DNA of 64,000 nucleotides from Girardia tigrina (GCA_001938485.1 MQRK01213769.1:19888-83887), one strand, 5' to 3'. Positions 50,861 to 63,120 are shown, counted from the stretch's first letter. Numbers and translations: made by a program. Notes: generated by a model from the sequence alone, not told the origin.

Positions 50861-51799
50861 TATATTGGATGAAGTCTTAATTATGTCTTAATTATTACTA
50901 ATAATAATTTATTAGTAATGTTTATAAGTAATGCATAGTAATGTATTTTAATTATTTTATTTAATTAGTAAAGTGAATATTTGTACATATTTTAAATTTA
51001 AGTTTATAATATACGTTTCTCACTGTCAAAGTGTGCCTGGAAGCAAAATGTTTCTTTAGGAGGCATATTGGGGGGCTTAAAGATTTATCTGGTTTATTAT
51101 TCTAAATAATCGCATATTTTTGATTTTCTTTTCTAAAATTAAATAATAATTTTATACTTAATCGTTGATCTCAATATTTTCAAAATGGAAATTATTATTA
51201 TGATTAAATAATAAGTAAAATTAGTAAACTGCCATAAACGTTTTTTAATAGAATATTTGCCAATCAAATGTTTCACTGTTATAAAAAACCGAAATTTTTG
51301 GTCAAAATTTTATTCTTAAATCTGATAAAACATTTAATCAAATAGAAAAAAATCATTAAAAGTTAAATTTTTTCATGGTAGACCATCGACGGTGCCATGA
51401 CTGACACTTGATGAAATTTCAGAAATTATTGATTTATTATTTAAAAATAATTAATTAAATTAAAAATTATATAAAACAATATAATGATATTAATTATAAT
51501 TATTACAATTATTGTAGTATAAATGTTATTATAAAAAAAGGAAAAATATATTATTATTTAAGAAAAAATTTATAGTCAGAATTTGTGTAAAAAGATTTGT
51601 GAAATGTAGAATTATAAATGTAAAAAAATCTGAAAATTTTGGTAATCTAAATCGTGGCTAAGCAACATTGATTTATTTTTTTTAAATAGAATAATTGAGT
51701 GTTAAATTAAAACGTTTTGGAAGATTGGTTTTCGTTTTCTTCTTGATACGAGGGTGTAGTGAATTTTCAGCTGAATATTTTGATCAACTAAACCATATA

Positions 51800-52284
51800 A
51801 AAATGAATTTTAAGCAATTGAAATTCGATTTTACTTGGAGAAGTGAATAAGGCTAATCGATCGATTCTGGTGAGGATTACGAAAATAAAATTAACAATAT
51901 GGTTGAGATACCGACGAATCTGACTTTTATTTCGAGCTTGAAATTTATGAATTTCTTTGATATTGAAAAAGAGATCAATTTGATTGTTGATTTTCAAAAT
52001 TATCGATTTTGTCAAATGCAAAACACGAAATAAGCTATTGATTTCAATTGTTCTACCAGACAGATGTCGAAGAAGTCAAAACTAAAATGGGCACAATTTC
52101 ATTAATGCAAAGTTTTCAATTTAATTTACCATTTGAAGATGAAAGAGTAGAGAGAGGGAGTCTTTATAAATGGCAATTATTTTCCCTACTGGCCCGGTTT
52201 CATTCGAACCCCTTCATTCAAAAATTTAAAAGAATTATTATTATCATATTTTTAACAAGAATGAATCGAGTAAAAATGTATTGA
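51800..52284 (+). pseudogene. Degenerate coding-like region, possibly MATH-like
   Basis: RGSLYKWQLFSLLARFHSNPFIQKFKRIIIIIFL resembles G.LIWKI...IYSPPFY...LRIYL; strand of the left half ambiguous. Confidence 0.3.
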
Positions 52285-52666
52285 ATTGTTTGGAAGCAGT
52301 TGTTAATCCTTATTTAACTGTATCCATTCTTTCATTTAGTAAATCTAAGACTTTAAACTTTACATTGATTTGTTTCTTCTGTAAGATTGGTACTTGATGT
52401 TAACGGTTCTAAATGCAATAGCAAGTTTTTTTAATTTTTGTTTTTGTTTCATCTTTTTAGTTTATGTTCAAACAAGTATATTGTAGGAGCTTTTATTTTT
52501 TTTAATTTATTGAAATATCAATGTTCTTTTTGAGTGTCTGATTTGATAATGAGGTAATTCTTGTGTAGTATGTCAAAGAAGACTCTAAGTCTAAGTTTTA
52601 TCATTTAGACAAGTTGTAGAGACTTAGAACTTGTGGTCTTAAAAATTGTATATATACTTTGTCCAA

Positions 52667-53947
52667 TTGGGTTATTCGGAAAGTCATTTCGTTTCATTTA
52701 AAACTTGTTTTAAATGTATTTTTTATATTAATAATCATTAATAATCATTGACTATATTATTTATTTTAGAAGTTGGTAATCAAGGTTTGATTTGGAAAAA
52801 TTTAGAATAATTAAAAACATATATTTGATTTTTGACCTATCAAAGATGGAAAGCAAGAATCAGCATTTACGGCATGTATTACTTTTTTTACTTCCGAAAA
52901 GGTAAAAATACTGTTCAAGCAAGAAGAAAATTATGCGAAGTGTATGGAGAAGATGTGTTGACAGAACGCCAATGCCAAAACTGGTTTAAAAAATTTAGAT
53001 CCGGAAATTTTGATGTTGAAGATTCTTAACGTTCCAGAAGGCCCATTGAGGTCGACGAAGACTTAATAAAGACATTAATTGATTCAAACCGGCGAATAAC
53101 AACTCGCGAAATAGCCCAGACATTACATTTATCTAATTTGACAGTCCATGATCATTAGAAGCGCCTATGTTTTACATTAAAACTCGACACATGGATTCCT
53201 CATAATCTTACCGAACGAAATTTATGCTGCCGTTTAGACCTCTGCGATATGCTTCTCAAACGTCAAGAAAACGATCCATTTTTGAAGCGCATCGTCACTG
53301 GAGATGAGAAATTGGTAGTATGCAACAATGTAAAATGCAAGAGATCTTGGATTAATAAAGATCAACCTGCTCAAATCACTTCGAAAGCTGACATTCATCA
53401 AAAAAAGTGATGCTATCTGTTTGGGGAGATTTCAAAGGAATCGTATTTTATGAGCATCTTCCGGATAAAACTGTGATCAATTCCGACGTCTACTGTCATC
53501 AGCTGGACAAATTAAATGAATCCTTTAAACAAAAAAGGCCAGAATTGATCAATAGAAAAAGTGTAGTGTTTCACCAAGATAATGCCAGACCTCATACAAG
53601 TTTGGTAACTCTCCAAAAGCTTTTACAGCTTGTATGGAACATCATGTCTCACCCAACATATTCTCCAGACCTCGCACCTTCTGATTATCATTTGTTCCGG
53701 TCTCTACAAAATTATTTAGATGTTAACACTTTTGGATCAAATGAAGATGGTAAAAGTCACCTGGAAAAGTTTTTTAGCAGCAAAGAACAAATATTTTATG
53801 AAAGTGGAATCATGTCACTGCCAGGAAGATGGAAGACGGTATTGGACCACAATGGTCAATATGTATTTCAATAAAATATTTATTCGTCATAAAAATTGTC
53901 TTTTACTTAAATACAAAAAACACGAAATGACTTTCCGGACAACCCAA
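52667..53947 (+). mobile_element. Full-length mariner (DD34D), disrupted
   Basis: TIRs ttgggttattcggaaagtcatttcgt / acgaaatgactttccggacaacccaa; WIPHNL, VTGDEK, HQDNARPH, YSPDLAPSDYHLF. Confidence 0.96.
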
Positions 53948-54999
53948 TATAATACTCTTTTAAATGTTTTTACTTACGGCTATTTCTTTTGTTATTTTTT
54001 TTATTTTGGTTCTTTTAGAGCACTATTTTTTATATATTAGCTCCATCAGTCAAGATTTTCAAGAAAGATATGTTTTGCCTTATATAATATTTATTAAAAT
54101 AAAAATTGTTTAAAATGAAGAAATCAATAATAAAGCTAAAATAAAACAATACCTTCTAGCTTCTAAAAGAGTTTATATTAAAAAAAACCATATTCGCTGT
54201 CTATTGTATCCCCTTTTTGTCGACAAATAATTGTTTCGATAGAATTAAGAACTGGTCGTCAGCGATTCAACATCGTGACTAATTTCCAACAAAAAGTATG
54301 GTTATATTATTTTGGTGTCTCTTTTTCAAATCGTTGTTTTCAATTGTTGTCTGTGCACCTATTTACTTCAATTAATTAAATAATGCCCATTTAAAAAGAA
54401 AGATTAATAATAATAAAGTGAGACTGAAAATCAGTAAGTATTTGTCAGTTCAATTTTATACAGTGCAATCGTCCGAGAACCCGTCAATTAATTCGTCTGG
54501 ACGATAATTGGTCTAAAAATTATGAAAGTTAGATTAAATTTGTTTGGTCGGATATTCTTGTCGGTAAATTAATAAATCACTCAATCACTACATTAGTGAA
54601 ACAACTAGTCACACACGCTCTACCAATCGGTATCGAATAAACAGTAATTTTTTGAACTGTATCCGTTTGGCTGTGTGGGCACCCATTTATGAAGAAGCCT
54701 TTTACTTGGGTTTTGCATATTTTTTTGTATCTCAGTAGGCACATAATCAGTTTCCCCATATCTCCTCGTCATGGGTGTAGATCAGTGTCAGGAAACCTTT
54801 TTCGAATTGCAATGCCCTAAACTTAAAACTTTTTTTTTCTCGATGCACCTAAGGGACTCACTATAAATTTACTTGTAGGTAATAAATACTATTAAAATTT
54901 TTTTTAGTTTTGAGAGAATTTAGAATACATAATATAATAGCGTTTCTTAATAATGTTTAATTAAAATTATCTTGAGTAAAAAGTGAGTGAGAATCTCGC

Positions 55000-55459
55000 T
55001 AAAAATAAATTATAAGCACAGGATTATTGCGCGACAACAAATTATTTTTCAATGTTTTTTAAACAACAGATTTTACTGTGTGTTTTACAACGATGCAAAA
55101 ATACAACTAATATTGCTACAGCAATACTTTGGCGAAAACTCCAAAATGTATCATTTGTATTTTTTCATCTTTTCTGGCCGTGCACGGGCATCAGCTGAAA
55201 GAAATTTTATCACTTTTATTCAAAACTTATATTCAAATTCCGCTACGTTGCAAAGCAAAGCAGCTTTACAAATCTTAACAATAACAATCTGACTACCCAT
55301 ATCTGTTCACATATAAAATATTTTTTAAAACATTTTCTTTTAATTAGACCAAAAGTTCAATAACTAACTATTTTAAATATTTTACAAACATGTTCGGGGC
55401 ACCCCCAGAATTTTTGGTGGCGCCCCAGTGGGCCGCGGCACACTGGTTGCTCAACACTG
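55000..55459 (+). mobile_element. hAT remnant and terminus
   Basis: ASAERNF dimerization-domain-like motif; end gccgcggcacactggttgctcaacactg typical of Buster/Charlie termini. Confidence 0.65.
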
Positions 55460-55842
55460 TTGTAGATGGACGGTGGCTCCAATGACCTCCTCAATCCTTT
55501 GACCTGTTTTTTCCCTCTTGTTAAGTGTCTACACACCCTGTTCACCCAGGTTGCTCTGGATGAGAGAGCTGGTTTAGTCGCCAAACATCCGATCAAGTAA
55601 CAAGGTAGTACAGAATTACATTGTACATGTTGCAGGCATGCTTGCTTGACCGGAATAGTCTGATGGCAATGACTGATGGAATTGCCTGAGGTCATTAATA
55701 TAAGTACTAACACGGCCGTTGTAAGCTTAACTTCGATGATCATACGGGATCCGGTGTAACCAACGACTGCCAATGACCATGATAATATCGACAATAAAAT
55801 ATGAACAAAAACGTTTTTGTTTGGGCTTAAAAATAAGTACAT
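55460..55842 (-). other. Open, GC-richer frame with Cys/His cluster (TRAF-type zinc finger-like or TE-derived)
   Basis: ~127 stop-free codons; SHCHQTIPVKQACLQHVQCNSVLPCYLIGC. Confidence 0.3.
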
Positions 55843-56511
55843 TGCAAAATGTTTAAAAAGGTAATATATTTTTATTTTAATCTGATAATTAATTTTTAAA
55901 ACTTATTTGAACACTCTCTTTTTTTAAATTGTGATTTTAAATTATTAAATACAATAAAAGAAAAAATATAATATTGTAGAGAGATTCATCATTATAAACC
56001 TTGTTTGTTGTTAGGAAACTTAGTCGACATTCTGTGGAAGAAAAATATTGTTACTACAATTATTACATAAATTTCTTATTTTTATTGCTATTATTTATAT
56101 TTTATTGTTAAAGTATTTTACAATAATAATGTGTGGTTCGTAAAAATAAATAAAATATTATATTGTTAATAAGTTTCATCCAATTCTGTGAACAATGGAT
56201 TCTCATCCCATCAGATATATTTCGGTAAATTGCTTTTTTCTCTTTTTTTGAACTTTGAGAATGCATTCATTTTTAAATTGACTTTAGATTAATCAATTGT
56301 TTCTATCTGTATTTTTTTGTTTATAATTCGGAAATTAGTTATAATTATATTTCAATATTATAGGATATCAAAAAGAATGGAAAAATATAAAGCTCAGTTA
56401 ATGATATTTTTTATGAAAGATAATGGGAAATTGATTTTCAGCAATATTATAAAATAACTCAATATTAAGAATATATTTTATTTAATTTTGCGAAAATGAC
56501 CAAAAGTAATA

Positions 56512-56577
56512 CAGTCAAAATCGCGTAGTCCGGAGTCGTGGGAACCAATAAAATTAATCCGGATTAGACAAATTAGA

Positions 56578-56631
<54 letters not shown>

Positions 56632-56690
56632 GATCAAAAAAATCGGCGAATATCCGGATAACACTCATCCGGATTAGGCAAATTTGACTG
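56512..56690. mobile_element. pogo-type MITE with duplicated right end and internal (TA)n
   Basis: TA|CAGTCAAA ... TTTGACTG|TA; internal second end atccggattagacaaattagactg at 56557-56580. Confidence 0.75.
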
Positions 56691-58629
56691 TATTAAAATA
56701 CAAATGTCTATTCTCAATTGATACTTGTTTGTTAGTAGTTTTCTGTTTATGTCACACTTACACGAAATATTATATATTAAGTTATATATATTATATACTA
56801 GGTTAACGAGAATATTCTGTCGCATTTGATTAGCTGCAGTAAATTACATCTGTCAATGTCAAGAGAAATAGTTACTATGAGTCTTTTTAAAGTTATGTAC
56901 CTCTTGTGAGGTATCAAAAGACAGTTTGTCATACGCTTTATTAGTTAGTTGCAAAATACGAAGTGCATAATATGGAGCAGTTGAAAAGATTCAATTAATA
57001 CATTGTGATTATGCGTTAAAAAAGAAACAGATCATCAGTAAAAACAGATCAACTTATAAAAACCTATGTAACACACATTTTAAAGAATAATTAAAGGTTC
57101 TAACTATAAAAGAATTTTGTAAATTTTTTCTCTGAAGATTTAGACCTCAAAAAGATTTTTTATCCAAGTAGCCATCCAATCACATCTATCCATTAAAGTG
57201 AGAAGAAAAGAACTTGGAATTTACCATTAGAATAAGGTAAACACATCTAATATCTTTGATTTGTCTTAAACCAGAGTATTTGATTTAAATAAATTTATCG
57301 ATTCATGCAAAAGTCGATCCATCTTTTCTTATATGAAACAACAGGAAGCCGTTTTGGATAAGATTCTTACTAAAGATAAAATAACTGGATTTTTTACAAA
57401 AATGTATCTTGATCGTAAACTATAAATTCAAATAACTTAATCAATTTCACCTTCGATTAAAAGGCGAAAAAATTTCAAATTAAATTGTGAAGGAAATGTC
57501 TGGTTCAAGGCTCACTCTGATTAGTTGACCAATCAAAGTGAAACATTTAATTTACTCGACAATCACAACAAAATAAGTCACACACATACTAGCCTAATAA
57601 TTGACACATAATTGAGTGAGAAATTTTTCAAAAAAAACATCTACCACAATTGTGACTTTATGGTCTCAGGTTAACGAAGTCCGGTATGATAAGAGTTACT
57701 TAAATTTCCTCAAATTTTTTAACAAACTTCGTTTTTAACCGCCTTTTCCAGTTAACATAAATATTAATACTTTTTAATATTTTAATATTTTAATTTTGTA
57801 TTTTTATCTTTTGTAGTTTTAATCTTTTAAAGAAAACCTTTTCTTACTCAAACAGAATTTTAAAACAATTAAAGTAGAGATTTTTAATGAAAATTAAAAT
57901 AATAAAGCTGAAAGGTAAAGTTTATAAAAGAGTATATCCAAATTGCAATATCCTTGCAATACGTACATTAGGAAAGATAAATATTATTCATCTTCACATT
58001 ATGAAAATAAAATTATTTGAAAAAATAAAATTTGCATCTTTTTTTGCAAAATCAAAATTAACGCAAAATTGTTTTTTATTTCTCATAAAAATTTGACAAT
58101 TTAAATTTTAATGACTTTTTCTCTCCCTTAAATAAATATTTTTAATAAAAACATTGAAAATCATAACGTTAAAAACATAAAGCAAATTTAGAATTAAATG
58201 TTTGTAGAATTTTTGAAGGAATTTAAAACATGAATATTTTATTAAATTTTAAGCAATAAAATAAAAATAAAATTCTAAAAAAAATAATATTCATCTACCA
58301 GTCTCTGTGATTATTTTAATTATTCGTAAAAAAAACTTTGAACAATAATTTTGTATAATTATGTTTTAAAAAAGTAATCTTATAAACATTTTAAAAATAC
58401 TACTTATTTTTTTTGGATTTTCTAACTCAAACATGTTTTACTAAGAAAAATATTTGCTTCCAAAAATTTTTATTAATATCACAATTTGAACTATCTCTAG
58501 ACAACTGTCAACACAACTTTAATCGTACAAAGTTTATAAGATTTTAGAATAAATCATTTGAAAATAATTATTTGAACGAACAAGGAATGACGTTAAACAA
58601 CTTTTGATAGATCTTAAATTTAATTTTAA

Positions 58630-58990
58630 TTATTGTCATTTTAAAAAACTCTTGACTGGATCAATTTTTACTTTTAATTTTAATATGTAAATAATTCTTT
58701 TAATTTCGAATTTTATCGCAAACATATAAAATCATAAATTTATTTTGTGATAATTTTCAAACTAAATTTGGACAGTGTTCGGGTTTTGTATATCAATTTA
58801 TATGTAGTCAGAGCAATTTTACATACATTCGAGAGTCTTCCTGTCATCACTGTAGGAAAATCCAAGAACAGGGTCGTAATGCGGGTGGAATTTTGCATTT
58901 CGAATGCAAATAGCAACATAAACGATTTTGAAATTCTGTGGGCTGAGTTTAATAATCAATTGAATATAATAGCACTAGATATAAGATCTT
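58630..58990 (+). mobile_element. Highly degenerate PLE GIY-YIG fragment
   Basis: Aligns with 24100-24400 in reverse (tcgcaaacatataaaatc, acatacattcgagagtcttcctgtcat, atccaagaaca, acataaacgattttgaaattctgtg). Confidence 0.65.
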
Positions 58991-59032
58991 TCGATCATAA
59001 GGGTTCTTTATAATATATATAATAATAATAAT

Positions 59033-59915
59033 TGTTGGGGTTATTTTTGGTGAACTTTAAATTTTTGTTATATTTCAAAAATCATATTTATATTTTAGAT
59101 AAATTAAAAATAATGTTCGACTAATTAAAATAAAATAATCTTTTAAATAAAAAATTTAAGTTTATAGATAATATTTTTTACTAATTAAAATAAATAAGAT
59201 TTTATAAAATATATTTTATAGGTAACATTTCTACCAATTAAATTGAAATATTTTTTGTAAAAATTATATTTCACAGATAGTATATTACTAATTAAAATGA
59301 AATAAGTTTTGTAAAAATTTTAGAGTAATGATAATATTTTAATTAAATTGGGACAAATTTTTATAAAAATTAAGTTTTAAAAGTTCACAATTAAAATATC
59401 ATCTTCGAAGTTAAAAAATAGTGTAAAGAAGATTTTGATATATTTTGTAACACTATTTAAAATAAAATTATAATGTTTAACGTACACGGAAAATTTTATT
59501 AAAAAAAATAATTTAAGATGGAATGATTTAAAATCAAAGAAAATTATTTAGGAATTTAATTTTTTACAGGATATGTCCAATAAAATATTTCTAAAGATCT
59601 AAATTTATAAACATTGTAAAAAAAATTAAAAAAACAGAAACAAAATAAGATTTATGCAAAATTGAAGAAAATAACATATATATATATATACATCGATATT
59701 ATTATTTATATTTAGAATTTTGAGATCTGGATTATGTAATTAAAATATTGTTCCTCATAAATTTGTTTCAATAATGTAAATTGTAGTAGAAATAAATTTT
59801 ACAAAATTATGACTTCCAATTTTAATTACGAATCTAATAATAATCATAATATTTTTAACACTATTTTTATTTAAAAAGCATCTCTCTCCTTACCCAAAGA
59901 CAATTCAAATTAACA
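59033..59915 (+). mobile_element. Solo-LTR-like repeat (family of 2775 and 49518)
   Basis: TGTTGGGG start, ...TTAACA end, shared internal blocks and AT-rich tandem subrepeats. Confidence 0.5.
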
Positions 59916-60046
59916 TTTAATCGTTGATGACAATCTCTATAATTTTGATGATTGCTGCACGAACTCGAAATGCTTGTACTTCGATTCCACCATTGCCACT
60001 GAAATACTACCATCCGATCTTCTGGGAGACCTGAGGAACACATAAA

Positions 60047-60084
<38 letters not shown>

Positions 60085-60099
60085 TCCAACGACCACCTT

Positions 60100-60260
60100 A
60101 TTTAGTGTGCTAAAATGTCGTAATTATTCGTCGATTATATAATCAAAGCTATATAAGTAGTATTTAAGTACATAATTTCTTTATGACCTAACGATGATGG
60201 CAATACCGTGGAAATTAATGGCGAATGAAATTTAAATTTTTGTCTTTAAATGGCATCCTT
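60100..60260 (+). mobile_element. Solo PLE pLTR with decayed hammerhead
   Basis: gacctaacga t gatgg-caata-ccgt ggaaattaat; flanks match the 24660-24815 pLTR. Confidence 0.6.
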
Positions 60261-60326
60261 GTGTTCTTCTTTTAATAATGTAAATCATGCTTAAACATTT
60301 ACTGTCTATGAACATCATACACATCA

Positions 60327-60392
60327 ATTTTTCATCTAGGTGGGAGAAACACATTTTAAATCCAAAATTAAACAATTTGAAATATTTCTCAG
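60327..60392 (-). repeat. Bipartite conserved motif copy 4
   Basis: Minus strand CTGAGAAATATTT...TGTGTTTCTCCCACCTAG|ATGAAAAATTGA. Confidence 0.65.
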
Positions 60393-60586
60393 AAATTTAT
60401 TGAATTATAATTTGTATTTTAGAAATTTTATTTTTCTTGTGAAAGTTAATAAAAAAAATTATTTTTTTTATTTTACCCAAATATTTCTAAAATTTTATTC
60501 AGTCCCGCAATCAATCAATAAATATATTTTTTGTGATTCCTCAAAAAAATTGATAAATTTATTATTTTATTTTGATTACCACATTT

Positions 60587-60641
<55 letters not shown>

Positions 60642-60788
60642 NNNNNNNNNNNNNNNNNNNNNNNNNNNNNNNNNNNNNNNNNNNNNNNNNNATATATATA
60701 TATATATATGTATATATTATTGAGTCTTGTGACCGCAAGTTTAATATTTTGAAAATATAATTTGATTGAAGCTTTTTTTTAAATAAAT

Positions 60789-60830
60789 ATTGGACATGTT
60801 TCGATGTTTACATACATCATCATCAGCAAT
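60789..60830 (-). ncRNA. Minimal type I hammerhead ribozyme, canonical and intact
   Basis: attg CTGATGA t gatgt-atgtaa-acatc GAAA cat GTC caat; palindromic stem III ACATGT; GUC cleavage site. Confidence 0.9.
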
Positions 60831-61276
60831 TTTTGGATATTTTAGTGTATGAATATTGAATTGTTTTAATACAATTTTAATAGATATATAAACTTTAAAA
60901 GGTACATAGAGAATTAAATATTATTTTTATTAAAGCATTATTGCCAAAAATATTTTAATTAAAACTTTTAAGTATTGAAATAACCTTATTTTGCCAATTC
61001 TGAATGTTAATTGATGGGCTGTAGTGTCTTATTAGTAGAGATTCACAAAACTGTCGTTCGAAATGTGAATCAAATCCCTTTTGTAGAAAAGAAATCTCAT
61101 CTTTTGAAATGGATGAGGTTCTATCCTTACAACATAACCAATGATCAAGAACCTTACTCGATCGACTCATTTGCGAGTGCTCGCTAATCCGGGTTTTGAG
61201 ATGACGATTTGTATCTCCCATGAACGAGTTTTGACACCAGTGACAATTCAATATTCATATACTAAAATATCCGAAA

Positions 61277-61318
61277 ATTGTAGATGATGAGGTATATAAA
61301 CATCGAAACATGTCCAAT
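61277..61318 (+). ncRNA. Inverted hammerhead copy with mutated core (TAGATGA)
   Basis: attg tagatga t gaggt-atataa-acatc GAAA cat GTC caat. Confidence 0.7.
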
Positions 61319-61362
61319 AATTATATAAAAAAAGCTTTAATCAAATTATATTTTCAATATAC

Positions 61363-61396
<34 letters not shown>

Positions 61397-62369
61397 TTAC
61401 ATAAGATAAAAATTGGAAAAATAAATGTCCCCATGCTTTTAATGGAAATTCGGAAAATAAATGACTTAAATTAAAGTATTTTCTGTTTTTAACTTTCTCT
61501 TAAGAGGAAAAATACTGACAAAATTATTTTAATATTTTTCTTTGAATAGGTAGAAGTTAATTGTAATTCAAATTGTCTGCTGAAATTTTTTTCTGCTCGA
61601 ATAATTACTTTAAATGATTATGATGAATTAAAGAATGATTTTCCCTAATTAAGTACCCGTGATTAAAGTCAGGATTATATTGACAAAGTAAATAAATTTG
61701 AAATAATAACGAAAAAAAATCTTGTAAAATAGAAGTATAATAAATGATTATGAATAACACAAGATAAAAATAAAAACATTAAGAAGATAAGAAATAGAAA
61801 CAGAAGTTAAGATTTGGGATATAAAATCTTCGTCTTCTGCAGTTCACTATACGTTTTTTAAGGTATTCAATTTAGTTGAGCCATTGTTGAAGAATATTTC
61901 GATTTATATCTTCATTTCATATGATTATATTATTTTTTACTTTTAAAAACCCTTAAAACATATATATATATAAATGTAATCAATTTGTGGTATTACGAGA
62001 TCACAATGACATGCGTATGAGATACTGAAAGCCAACTTAGAATGTGTACCTTAATTTTGCAATCCTAAAATTTTTCATAGAAATACCGATAAAATACCAA
62101 TTATAACGATATTAAAGTATTTTGTACTATGAACACCAATATGACTATTAACATTTGTATTGTTACAACAAGTTTGACTCTTTTTTAAAGCTTTCGTAAG
62201 ATTGCATCCGTCTAATTAATTAATCACTTTAATCTTATTATTTTAGCAAACGGAGAATTAAATAATTTGTTAAAATATTTACTTAAAATTTTATTGGTTT
62301 AAAATTAAAATGATTATTAATTATTCAAAAATTTAAATGTAATTTATTCATTTAAAAATTGTAAATAAA

Positions 62370-63120
62370 ATTAATGAAAGAGATTTATAGAAAGAAAACA
62401 GATACAGGGTTATATACTACTACTAAAAGCTTCTGTGAACCTAAGTATAATAGAAGTATGATAAAAGGTTTGTTATTTAGATGTTGGTCTCTGTCATCAG
62501 CATATGAAAAAGCAGATGTGAGCATAGACAAACTTACAGAAATATTGCAGAAAAATGGCTATTCTAAATCCTTTTTGGAGAAACTAACTAATGAGATGAT
62601 AGATAAATTAATGAATAAAGAACATGAGGGTAAAGACGAATTAAAATCCGATAAATCATTTACTTGAAATTCTAATATTGGATATACGCTAATCGTTCCT
62701 TATTCAGAAGGTTACTAAAACTTGAAATCATCTATTTTAAAATCAATCGATAATAAAAATTTGAATTTAAAAATCATTTCTAAATCTTACAAAATTCAAA
62801 GTATGTTCAGCAATAAATCTCGTACTCCTTTGAGTTTATGTTCCAATCTAGTTTATGAATTTTGGTGTAATGGGTGCAACGCCACATGCGTTTGAGAGAC
62901 GTCTCGTCATCTCTGTAAACGGATTCAGGAGCATGGACGATTGGGTAATGGGAGTAATATTGCTGGATATATGAAGGGTTGTAAATCGGAGGTGAAAACA
63001 ACTAATTTTAAAATATTGTGCAGTTATTTTAAAAATTATTGGGAAAGAGTTACTTGTGAGGTATTATTGATTAAATCGCCTAATCCATCCATTAATGTCC
63101 AAACAAGTTCACAAATGTAT
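62370..63120 (+). mobile_element. PLE thumb + GIY-YIG fragment
   Basis: IYRKKTDTGLY, ILQKNGYSKSF, CNGCNAT, YWERVTCEVLLIKSPNPSINVQ. Confidence 0.92.

Larger units (their letters stand above)
60745..61358 (-). mobile_element. 5'-truncated PLE (second family) with inverted pLTR pair
   Basis: CHWCQNSFMGDTNRHLKTRISEH...ERQFCESLLIRHYSPSINIQ; 60748-60864 inverted to 61242-61358. Confidence 0.92.

Noticed and set aside
57230-57425. Further TRAF-like fragment
   Set aside because: Plausible matches on both strands (MATH-like on plus, RING-like on minus); cannot be resolved by eye.
59100-59400. CRISPR-like spaced repeats (taattaaaataaa)
   Set aside because: Low-complexity tandem subrepeats within an LTR-like element in a eukaryotic genome; no unique spacers or cas genes.
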